From: Phormidesmis sp.
Lineage (GTDB): Bacteria > Cyanobacteriota > Cyanobacteriia > Leptolyngbyales > Leptolyngbyaceae
Length of the DNA stretch: 64,000 bases
Assembly (NCBI GenBank): GCA_965248535.1
Contig: CBDFJR010000002.1
Coordinates: forward strand, 128,001-192,000
Direction: 5' to 3'
Part shown: piece by piece, positions 38,488 to 47,467 of the stretch
Layout of the letters: each line of letters starts with the position of its first letter
Position numbering within the stretch: the stretch's first letter is position 1
Translations under genes and position numbers: made by a program
The notes under the pieces: generated by a model
Seen by the model: the letters and a program-made list of their open reading frames with translations, nothing else
Database searches by the model: none
What the model was told of the DNA's origin: nothing

Positions 38488-40571
38488 TCAAACTCACCCC
38501 GATCGCACTGTGTTTTTAGAGCAAAATCAGTCAGAGTTTGCTGAACTCTTGACGTTTATTGACTTTGCTGAGGGGTTGACGATCGGGTTTGTTGAGATCA
38601 ATCAAGAGTCAGATAAGGCGGCGTTGGTGGCGGCGCTGCGAGATCGTCTGGATGAGGCGGCGGTGCGATTGGAGGTGTTAAATTTTTCTCAAGAGTGGGA
38701 TTTGCGGCTTCGAGATGCTTTGGTGCAGCGCATTGCGAGAATTCACACCGATAAGAAGCTGGTGTTGCTGATTCAAGGGTTAGAGGTGGCGATCGGGACT
38801 GATGGCGTGGGGTCTTATCCGCCGATTTTGCAGGATTTGAATTTTGTGCGCGATGCCTATCGCGAGAGTGCGCCACACCCACTGCTGTTTGTGCTGCCAG
38901 ATTATGCGATTACGAGAGTCAGCAAATATGCGCCTGATTTTTGGGCTTGGAAGTCGGGGCTATTTAGGTTTAAGACTTCTGAGCAAAGCCTAAAACAGTT
39001 GCGGGTCGAGGCTTTTGAGTCGCCTGCGGTGCGGGTTGCGTCGAGGGAAAATCAGGCTCAGATTGACCAGCTTAAGCAGCTTTTGATGGAGCTTCGTCCT
39101 TCGGGGCGATCGATCGCTCCCGCCGAGGTGCGGCTGTGTGGTGAGGTGTATTACAACATTGGGTCGGCTTATCTGACTCAACAGCAGCCAGACAAAGCAA
39201 AAGATTATTTGCTAGAAGGGTTAAAGGTGATCGAGCGGCACCCTGACCCAGGGTTGAGGCTCAGTCTACAGCGCAGGTTAGGCAATGCTTATGAGCAGAT
39301 GCGGCAGTTTGAGCAGGCGATTAATAGTTATGAGACTGCCCTTGAGATGGCTCAATCGTTGAATCAACCTGAAAGAGTTGCCACTGTGTTGATGGATTTG
39401 GGCGATGTGGCATAGCTATTAAGGAAGCAGCGACAGTTTGAGCAAGCTAAAGCGTTTTATCAACGATCGCTACCAAAGTTTAGCTATTAAGGAAGACCTC
39501 AACGATCGCTACTCACAAGCCAGCACCTACCACCAATTAGGCAATGTAGCGCTGGAGTTGCGCGAGTTTGAGCAGGCCCGAAATGACTACCAACAAGCCT
39601 TGCAAATCTACATCGAGTTCAACGATCGCTACTACTACCACATTGAGCAGGCCCGAAAGAGCACCTACCACAACTTAGGCATGGTAGCCCAGGAGTTGCG
39701 CGAGTTTGAGCAGGCCCGAAATGACTACCAACAAGCCTTGCAAATCTACATCGAGTTCAACGATCGCTACAATCAAGCCAGCACCTACCACCAATTAGGC
39801 AATGGTAGCCCTGGAGTTGCGCGAGTTTGAGCAGGCCCGAAATGACTACCAACAAGCCTTGCAAATCAAAATCGAGTTCAACGATCGCTACTCACAAGCC
39901 AGCACCTACCACCAATTAGGCATGGTAGCGCAGGAGTTGCGCGAGTTTGAGCAGGCCCGAAATGACTACCAACAAGCCTTGCAAATCAAAATCGAGTTCA
40001 ACGATCGCTACTCACAAGCCAGCACCTACCACCAATTAGGCAGGCAGGAGTTGCGCGAGTTTGAAATGACTACCAACAAGCCTTGCAAATCTACATCGAG
40101 TTCAACGATCGCTACTCAGCAAGCGGGCACCTACCACCAATTAGGCATGGTAGCCCAGGAGTTGCGCGAGTTTGAGCAGGCCCGAAATGACTACCAACAA
40201 GCCTTGCAAATCAAAATCGAGTTCAACAGCACTACGAACAAGCCCTGCAACAAGCCTTGCAAAAAATCGAGTTCAACGATCGCTACTCACAAGCCAGCAC
40301 CTACCACCAATTAGGCAGGGTAGCCCAGGAGTTGCGCGAGTTTGAGCAGGCCCGAAATGACTACCAACAAGCCTTGCAAATCTACATCGAGTTCAACGAT
40401 CGCTACTCACAAGCCAGCACATATGGTCAGCTAGGATTACTCGCAGAGACAGAGGGAAACCAAGCAGAAGCAAAAGCCTGTCTACAGCAGGCACTGGAAA
40501 TCTTTGTTGAGTTTGGCGATGAGTATTATGCAGCGATCGTCCAGCAGCATCTCGATCGACTTTCAAGTTAG
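38480..40571 (+). pseudogene. Degenerate-NTPase-like + TPR repeat protein, broken into four ORFs (real frameshifts or mis-assembly)
   Basis: ORFs 38438-39415, 39438-39830, 39802-40314 and 40257-40571 are pieces of one TPR protein; LNFVRD...APDFWAW N-terminal domain; ATG 38480 overlaps the ATPase stop. Confidence 0.75.
39500..40425 (+). repeat. Near-identical ~120-bp (40-aa TPR) tandem repeats, 7 copies
   Basis: GAGTTGCGCGAGTTTGA begins at 39555, 39693, 39814, 39934, 40048, 40159 and 40329. Confidence 0.9.
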
Positions 40572-40735
40572 AAGCTGCGGTCATGTCGAATGCAAAGCGC
40601 GATCGGGCTTCAGCCAACTTCAAACTAAACCAGCGATAGAGCCTGATGGAAGACTGCGATCGCAAATACCATTACGACAATCGGCAGGTTGCCGTAGAAT
40701 TTGACTCAAACCAGATCAACCCTTTGCTAAAAATA

Positions 40736-41176
40736 GTGACCCTAACCTTTACTCAGCGTCTTTTAACGGGCGATCGTCACCCCGTTGACCACACGCTATC
40801 GCTAACCGCAGAAGAACGATCGCGATCGCGCCATCCCTTTCAAACAGATCAGGGTCAGGCAGTTTATCTACATCTTCCGAGAGGCACGACCCTGCGAGAG
40901 GGCGATCTCCTGCAAGCCGACTCTGGCGAACTCGCCCAAGTGTGTGCCAAACCAGAACCCGTGCTGACCGTCACAGCCAAGAGCGCGATCGCGCTGCTGC
41001 AAGCCGCCTATCACCTCGGCAACCGCCACGTCTCACTCGAAATCACCGAGACTTATTTGCGCCTTTCACCCGATGCCGTGCTGCAAGAGTTGCTCCACCA
41101 TCGCGGGCTGACCGTGACCGAAGAAATCGCCCCCTTTCAGCCAGAAATCGGAGCCTATGGACATCATGCCCACTAA
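40736..41176 (+). CDS. ureE: Urease accessory protein UreE
   Basis: [38 protein letters not shown] start inferred. Confidence 0.92.
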   Translation: MTLTFTQRLLTGDRHPVDHTLSLTAEERSRSRHPFQTDQGQAVYLHLPRGTTLREGDLLQADSGELAQVCAKPEPVLTVTAKSAIALLQAAYHLGNRHVSLEITETYLRLSPDAVLQELLHHRGLTVTEEIAPFQPEIGAYGHHAH

Positions 41177-41840
41177 TGCTGCCTTGCTCAAGCTATTGCA
41201 GCTTGCTAGCCCTACCCTCCCGATCGGGGCTTATAGCTATTCTGAAGGTCTCGAAACCCTGGTCGATGCCGCTAAAATCACGAGCGCGTCTAGTCTAGAC
41301 CACTGGCTGCGGCAAGAATTGCGCTATGGAGCCATCCGAGTTGAGTCCTCTGTGATGATTCGCGCTTATCACGCTGCCCTCGCCGAAGACTTTTCTGCCT
41401 TGACTGACTGGAATCACTGGCTATCAGCAACGCGAGAAACGGAAGAGCTACGATCGCAAAGCTGGCAAATGGGACGATCGCTGCTGCGATTAGTTCAAGA
41501 CCTAGAAGCAGATGAGATCACGTCACGATTGCTGCAAGACGAGTGTAATTTTGCGATCGCCTTTGGCACGATCGCGGCTCAGTGGCAAATCGACGAACAA
41601 TCTGCTAGTTTGGGCTATCTCCACAGTTGGGCCACTAATCTCATCAGTGCTGGCATTAAGCTGATTCCGTTAGGGCAAACCGCCGGGCAACGACTGCTTT
41701 TAGAACTCAGCGAAGCGTTTGAGCAAGCTACTCAAGAAGTATTGACTTTGCCAGATCACGATCTGAGTAGCTGCGGCTGGGGCTTATCTCTGGCCAGCAT
41801 GAACCACGAAACGCTCTATAGCCGACTATTTCGCAGTTAG
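41166..41840 (+). CDS. ureF: Urease accessory protein UreF
   Basis: [37 protein letters not shown]. Confidence 0.93.
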   Translation: MPTNAALLKLLQLASPTLPIGAYSYSEGLETLVDAAKITSASSLDHWLRQELRYGAIRVESSVMIRAYHAALAEDFSALTDWNHWLSATRETEELRSQSWQMGRSLLRLVQDLEADEITSRLLQDECNFAIAFGTIAAQWQIDEQSASLGYLHSWATNLISAGIKLIPLGQTAGQRLLLELSEAFEQATQEVLTLPDHDLSSCGWGLSLASMNHETLYSRLFRS

Positions 41841-42003
41841 GGTTGCTCTCAAGACTCAATACTTTGCGATCAAACCATCAGTTTATAACTTAGATGTTCT
41901 CTTAGAACAAAAAATATGTCTGCGATATGAGCAGTATGTGTGTGGATTCTTTTGCAATGCTCAAAAATCCCCACTGTTGCTCTACGTTCGGACGCTCAAT
42001 CTC

Positions 42004-42276
42004 ATGACAATCTATGTTGGAAATCTATCCTATCAAGCGACTGTAGATGATTTGCAGTCTGTGTTTGCTGAATATGGCACGGTCAAGCGCGTCGTCTTGC
42101 CGACCGATCGTGAAACCGGACGAATGCGAGGCTTTGCTTTTGTAGAAATGACCGAAGACGCGCAAGAAGATGCCGCTATCACCGAGCTAGACGGCGCAGA
42201 GTGGATGGGGCGACAACTGCGAGTCAACAAAGCAAAACCCAAGGAAGAAAGCCGAGGAGGAATGGGACGAGGATAA
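42004..42276 (+). CDS. rbp: RRM RNA-binding protein (Rbp)
   Basis: IYVGNL (RNP2), RGFAFVEM (RNP1), short Gly-rich tail; TTCGGA upstream. Confidence 0.93.
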   Translation: MTIYVGNLSYQATVDDLQSVFAEYGTVKRVVLPTDRETGRMRGFAFVEMTEDAQEDAAITELDGAEWMGRQLRVNKAKPKEESRGGMGRG

Positions 42277-42438
42277 CCTCACACCCTGACAACAGGCAGA
42301 TCTGCGTAAGGGTGGAGCATTGCTGTGCTCATTACCTGTGCTGTAACCGCTCCGATTTAACTCACGAGTCTAACAGCAGTGCTGTTCCCATTCCTTGTGC
42401 TGCAACCGCTCCGATTCAATTCGCCATCCCCCATAGTG

Positions 42439-42481
42439 AAAGGTTCTTGCTAGAGCCATTGTCTCTTAGCAAGAACCTTTT
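42439..42481. terminator. Probable bidirectional intrinsic terminator between convergent genes
   Basis: AAAGGTTCTTGCTA ... TAGCAAGAACCTTT stem. Confidence 0.7.
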
Positions 42482-42529
42482 CAATTTAGCCACCATTACA
42501 CGATTTCTTGGTCGAACTCGATCGCTAGC

Positions 42530-42799
42530 TTAGACAGCCCGACGAGTAAACAGACCCCACAAGAAGATGGCGACAATTGCCCCTAAGACTGCGACAAAGA
42601 TGCCAGGAATGCTGAGTCCGGCTGAGGTGACAGCCAAGGTTCCGGTGTTGATGAGGGTAAACAGACTGCCCCCCACAAATGCTCCAATGATGCCTAAAAC
42701 GATGGTTCCAAGAATGCCACCGCCCTGATCACCAGGGTAAATCGCTTTTGCAATAGCGCCTGCAATCAGACCTAAAACCACCCAAGCAATGATATTCAT
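42530..42799 (-). CDS. GlsB/YeaQ/YmgE stress membrane protein
   Basis: IAWVVLGLIAGAIAK...G..GG....LGIIGAFVGG. Confidence 0.9.
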   Translation of the reverse strand: MNIIAWVVLGLIAGAIAKAIYPGDQGGGILGTIVLGIIGAFVGGSLFTLINTGTLAVTSAGLSIPGIFVAVLGAIVAIFLWGLFTRRAV

Positions 42800-42984
42800 A
42801 TCGGTTTTCTCCTAAAGCTTTATGTCTACGAAATCAGAATATCAAGGTGGTCGATTGAAGTTATCTATCAGAGGAGATAACTGAAATAATCATCAGGAAT
42901 AGACCCATTTTGTCAGGGTTTATTGATCGACGATCGGGCAACCGCCAGAGCCAACCCTGGTTGAATTAGCTCTAAGCTCAGAGG

Positions 42985-43178
42985 CTAGTAGTCCGCCAAA
43001 CTAACTCTGAGGAGTCATGTCGAACTACTTAGCCAAGATTTCGTTTGCAGGGGGTTTGGGGGAGGCAACCGTCCCCCAATGGGGGTTTGGGGGCACGCCC
43101 CCAAGGGTCGGAAGCCCAAGACTATCGCATCATCGCCAAAGATCTGTACTAGTCAAAGTTGAATTGGTGAACTACTAG
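42985..43178. mobile_element. MITE-like element with internal GGGGTTTGGGGG...CCCCCAA palindromes
   Basis: 26-bp imperfect TIRs CTAGTAGTCCGCCAAACTAACTCTGA / TCAAAGTTGAATTGGTGAACTACTAG (20/26 match). Confidence 0.6.
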
Positions 43179-43217
43179 AGTTGAATTGTTTAGAACATTC
43201 CGGGAGTGTCTTCTGAG

Positions 43218-45137
43218 CTATTGAGCATCCCCCCCGATCGGAACTTTCACCAAGTCTAAAAAATTCACTTCACGTTGGTGTCTAAGTTCTTGAATGCGCT
43301 TATATTCCGATTGCCCTTTCTGTTGATAATAGTGACCGAGTTCTGCATTAGTGGCGAGATCAGTTGTTTTCCACAGATCTAAGAAATGACGGCGACGCTT
43401 TTCGCACATGACTTCTTCAATAGCGGCGGCGGCCGATCGGATGCCTAACTCAGCCCGAAGAATGTCACGATCGGTCTTTTCATTGAGTTCAAACAGCGCG
43501 TAGACTTGCGCCATCTCTCGCGGAAAATCGGTGCAGCGATCGCGCAACAGCGACATCAAATCGGGAGTCTGTTGACCTTGAGCAGATTGCTCGACCTCGA
43601 CAATTTGCCGCCACAAAAAGCGGTGATGAGACAGGCTAAATTCTAAATCTTGAGCGTCTAATGCCTCGACGATCGCGCCCCGATGCGACGGGGAATGGAG
43701 ATAGAGTCTGAGCAGCAGCGCTTCCGATTCTTCTAGCAGGGTGCGCTCACCGGGGGTTTGCCATTTTTGCGATCGCCCGTGCCAGCGTTGACCCCGCACT
43801 TGCAGCCGCAGATCTTCTTCGATTTGCTGCATCATGCGACTGTTGCCCTGGCTCAAAAGCTCGGCGCAGTGGTGAATGTAGTGAGTCCGGCTAGTGGGGT
43901 TGGGCAGATTGCCTAACAGCGTCACCATCTCGACGACGACTAACTGAAACTGGTCTGACTGCTTTAAATCTTTGCCAACCAGCGCTTGCTGAATTTGCCA
44001 ATCAATCCACAAAGGCGCATCATCCAGCAGATCTTGATAACTGGCAGCAGAATGGGTTTTGAGAAAATCGTCAGGATCTTTGCCATCGGGAATATTTAAA
44101 ACCCGCAGTTGCACGTCGCCTTGATAGGCTAGAGATGCGACTTCTCCGATCGCTCGCTCGGCCGCTTGCACGCCTGCACGATCGGCATCGAAGTTAAAAA
44201 TAATTCGCTTTGACTCGGTGTAGCGCAACAGTTGCCGCACTTGCCCGATACTCAGCGCCGTTCCTAACGAGGCGACCACATTCGTAATTTTGCCCGCGTG
44301 CAGGGCGATCACATCAAAATATCCCTCCACGACGACCGCTTGATCGGTTTTGGCGATCGTGGCCCGCGCCTTATCCAATCCATAAAGCGTGTTGCCTTTG
44401 TCAAATAACTCCGTCTCAGGCGAGTTGAGATATTTGGGTTGCTCGTCGCTGAGAGTGCGACCGCCAAAGGCAATGACGCGCCCCTGCAAATCGAGAATCG
44501 GAATCATCAAGCGATCGCGGAAGCGATCGTAATAGCCATCTCCGGTTTTGCGCGGCACAATCAACCCGGCTTGTTCTACCAGCGCCACGGGGTAATGCTT
44601 TTGTTCAACCAAATAACCATAGAGCGTTTCCCAACCGCCCGGAGCGTAGCCGAGTTGAAACTGCTGAATGGTGGCTTGATTGAGCTTGCGATCGGTCTGC
44701 AAATAGGCTAGGGCCACTTTTCCATCGTTTTGATTAAGCGCGTGTTCATAAAATCGGGCTGTGATCGCCAAAATCTCATATAGTTGCTCTCGAATGGAGA
44801 GTTGCCGCTGCAATTCTTGCCGTTGTTCAGGTTCTAAGGTTTGGACGGCAACCTGATAGCGCTTGGCTAAATCGAGGACGACCTCACTAAACGATCGCTT
44901 GCCCAACTCCATCAAAAACTTAATCGCGTTGCCGCCTGCCCCGCAGCTAAAGCAATAATAAAACTGCTTACTAGGGCTGACGCTAAAGCTCGGCGATTTG
45001 TCGTCATGAAACGGACACAGCCCCGTGAAGTCTTTGCCCTGTTTTTTAAGCACAACGTGCTCAGAGACAATATCCACAATGTCGAGCCGCTGTTTGACTT
45101 GTTCGATCGTGTCGGGGTGGAGGCGAGGGACGTTCAT
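43218..45137 (-). CDS. dnaG: DNA primase
   Basis: CPFH...CFSC zinc finger, DRFRDRLMIPI, KYLNSPET, VEGYFDV, FDAD.AG, KDPD. Confidence 0.96.
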   Translation of the reverse strand: MNVPRLHPDTIEQVKQRLDIVDIVSEHVVLKKQGKDFTGLCPFHDDKSPSFSVSPSKQFYYCFSCGAGGNAIKFLMELGKRSFSEVVLDLAKRYQVAVQTLEPEQRQELQRQLSIREQLYEILAITARFYEHALNQNDGKVALAYLQTDRKLNQATIQQFQLGYAPGGWETLYGYLVEQKHYPVALVEQAGLIVPRKTGDGYYDRFRDRLMIPILDLQGRVIAFGGRTLSDEQPKYLNSPETELFDKGNTLYGLDKARATIAKTDQAVVVEGYFDVIALHAGKITNVVASLGTALSIGQVRQLLRYTESKRIIFNFDADRAGVQAAERAIGEVASLAYQGDVQLRVLNIPDGKDPDDFLKTHSAASYQDLLDDAPLWIDWQIQQALVGKDLKQSDQFQLVVVEMVTLLGNLPNPTSRTHYIHHCAELLSQGNSRMMQQIEEDLRLQVRGQRWHGRSQKWQTPGERTLLEESEALLLRLYLHSPSHRGAIVEALDAQDLEFSLSHHRFLWRQIVEVEQSAQGQQTPDLMSLLRDRCTDFPREMAQVYALFELNEKTDRDILRAELGIRSAAAAIEEVMCEKRRRHFLDLWKTTDLATNAELGHYYQQKGQSEYKRIQELRHQREVNFLDLVKVPIGGDAQ

Positions 45138-45211
45138 AAACAGAGGGATGAAACGACGGGAAGAGCTACATTATTAAGATAAATTGTTGCCACGAAAGTT
45201 TAACTCAATAC

Positions 45212-45225
45212 AGTACACATATACT
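45212..45225. promoter_or_regulatory. Candidate cyanobacterial LexA box between divergent dnaG and HD gene
   Basis: AGTAC-ACAT-ATACT, one mismatch from AGTAC-N4-GTACT, inside palindrome ACAGTA...TACTGT. Confidence 0.4.
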
Positions 45226-45297
45226 GTGGATTCGACTGGGTTTTGAGTCTGCCATTTAGAATAAGGGTTTTTTAGAAATTCAATCACTAATTTCATA

Positions 45298-45900
45298 ATG
45301 GAACCTGATCATACGCGACTGCATCAACAACTTCAGTTCATCGTCGAAATCGACAAGCTCAAGCGCGTCTTGAGGCAAACGCTTTTAATGGATAAATCTA
45401 GACGAGAGAATGATGCAGAACACTCTTGGCATCTGGCAATGATGGCGATCTTGCTCTCTGAATATGCGGGTGCCGAGGTGAATCTAGTCCGGGTGCTCAA
45501 GATGGTGTTGATTCACGACCTGGTTGAAATTGATGCCGGAGACACCTTTTGCTATGACGAGCAAGCCATCCAAACCCAACCCGATCGTGAAAAAGTCGCC
45601 GCCGATCGCATCTTTGGGCTACTGCCCACCGATCAAACTGACCAACTGCGATCGCTCTGGGAAGAATTTGAAGCCAAACAATCGGCCGATGCGTGTTTTG
45701 CCACTGCCCTCGATCGCTTGCAGCCCATATTGCACAACTACCATACCCAAGGCGGCACCTGGAAAAAGGCAGGGGTGACGATCGCCCAAGTTCGCCAGCG
45801 GATTGCGCCGATCGCCCTTGGCTCACCCCGTCTAGGAGAATTTGCCGAAACTCTGATTCAAGACGCTCTAAAGCAAGGATTTCTGGCAAAAGAAGGATGA
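45298..45900 (+). CDS. HD domain phosphohydrolase (YfbR/HDDC2-like)
   Basis: ENDAEHSWH, IHDLVEIDAGD, LWEEFE, LDRLQP. Confidence 0.88.
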   Translation: MEPDHTRLHQQLQFIVEIDKLKRVLRQTLLMDKSRRENDAEHSWHLAMMAILLSEYAGAEVNLVRVLKMVLIHDLVEIDAGDTFCYDEQAIQTQPDREKVAADRIFGLLPTDQTDQLRSLWEEFEAKQSADACFATALDRLQPILHNYHTQGGTWKKAGVTIAQVRQRIAPIALGSPRLGEFAETLIQDALKQGFLAKEG

Positions 45901-46021
45901 ATCGAGAAAAATCAACCGCTATGACTGCGGAGGAATCAGTTTCGAGGTATAAGTTCTAAGCAGCGGATTTTGAGCTACAAATTCTAAGCGACCCCTGACA
46001 ACCACTAATCACGGATATCCG

Positions 46022-47398
46022 ATGGGACGAATCTTTCTTTCAGCCGGGCACGGCGATCGCATTAATGGCGTAAGCGAACCGGGAGCCATTGTCGCCGGAA
46101 CCACCGAAGCCAAAGAAATGATCCTGACTCGCGATCTGGTCGTGGCAGAGCTACGATCGCGCGGCGCAGAAGTCTTGTCAGTGCCCGACGAACTCAGCCC
46201 TCGCGCCACCTATGACTGGATCAACGCCCGTGGCAGCCGCAGTGATGTCGCGTTAGAAATTCGCGCCAACGCCTTTTCAAATCCCTCGGTGCGGGGGGCA
46301 GCGGTCTTCTACATCGCCAACAACAACGAGCGCAAAAGTCACGCTGATTTGGTGCTGCGATCGCTGATACGCCGCGTGCCTCAGCTTCCGAGTCGAGGCA
46401 TCCAAGCCGATACGGTCTCTACACTGGGCAGCCTGGCGTTTTGTCGCCAAATTACACCGCCATCGCTGCTGATGGAAGTCGGGTTTCTGACTAACCCCGA
46501 CGATCGTTCTATTTTGCAAAATCAACGTCGTGACCTCGCCGCTGGCATCGCAGATGGTCTGATCGCCTGGAGTCGAACCGTCTCAGGGCTGCCCGTTCCC
46601 ACCCCAGCGCCGACCCCGACCCCGACCCCAACTGACACCTATGAAGCGATCACCATTAATCTAAATGGTCAAGTCTATGGCGAAAAAGGAATTCTCGTCA
46701 GTGGCAATGCTTATATTCCGATCGATCTGGTCGATCAGTTGGGGGTTGACTTATCGACCGACCAAAACACGCGCCGCCTCAACTATCGAGGGGTCGTGTT
46801 TATCAGAGCCGTTGACCTGCGAAACTACAATATCGTGGTCGGTTGGGATGCTCAATCGCGGACGGTGCTGCTGCGATCGATTCTCAAAATTTGTGCGGGG
46901 TCTCTCGATCAAATTATGAGCAGTGGCGTGACGACAGAAGCTAACCTCAATCTCTTTCTCAAAAATAACAATGCGACGGCTCTAACTCAGTTTCCTGATC
47001 TGGCAAAACTCTATCGAGACGAGGGCAAGATCGAAGGCGTAAATTATGACATCGCCTTTTCTCAAATGTGCTTAGAGACAGACTTTTTGCGCTTTGGTGG
47101 GTTGATTAAGCCGAGCCAAAACAATTTTGCAGGGCTAGGTGACGTGGCGGGCAGTGCGGCCGGGGCCTCTTTTCCGAGCGCTCAAATCGGCGTGAGAGCG
47201 CACATTCAGCTTCTCAAAGCCTATGCCAGCACAGCACCGCTGACCCTAGACAGCGTAAACCCTCGATTTGGCTTTGTGACGCGGGGGGTTGCGCCGCTGG
47301 TGGATCAACTCAGTGGGCGCTGGGCAGCCGATGTGCAATATGGGGAGAAAATCAAAGCGATTTTGAGACGGCTCTATGAGCTAGCCTTGGTGTTGTGA
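46022..47398 (+). CDS. N-acetylmuramoyl-L-alanine amidase domain + C-terminal glucosaminidase-like domain (TftA-like)
   Basis: LSAGHG, TE, LLMEVGFLTN; PT linker; AFSQMCLET.FL.FGG, QNNFAGLG, GRWA.D..YG. Confidence 0.82.
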   Translation: MGRIFLSAGHGDRINGVSEPGAIVAGTTEAKEMILTRDLVVAELRSRGAEVLSVPDELSPRATYDWINARGSRSDVALEIRANAFSNPSVRGAAVFYIANNNERKSHADLVLRSLIRRVPQLPSRGIQADTVSTLGSLAFCRQITPPSLLMEVGFLTNPDDRSILQNQRRDLAAGIADGLIAWSRTVSGLPVPTPAPTPTPTPTDTYEAITINLNGQVYGEKGILVSGNAYIPIDLVDQLGVDLSTDQNTRRLNYRGVVFIRAVDLRNYNIVVGWDAQSRTVLLRSILKICAGSLDQIMSSGVTTEANLNLFLKNNNATALTQFPDLAKLYRDEGKIEGVNYDIAFSQMCLETDFLRFGGLIKPSQNNFAGLGDVAGSAAGASFPSAQIGVRAHIQLLKAYASTAPLTLDSVNPRFGFVTRGVAPLVDQLSGRWAADVQYGEKIKAILRRLYELALVL

Positions 47399-47467
47399 AG
47401 CCGATCGGGTTGGAATTCTCAGAGTTGGGAGATTTGGAGTCTGAGCAGCAACCGCCCGATCGCCCTC

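Noticed and set aside
39500..40425. Regular repeats as a CRISPR array or DGR template/variable repeat
   Set aside because: Units are ~120-bp coding TPRs with no unique spacers; no cas or reverse transcriptase gene is in the window.
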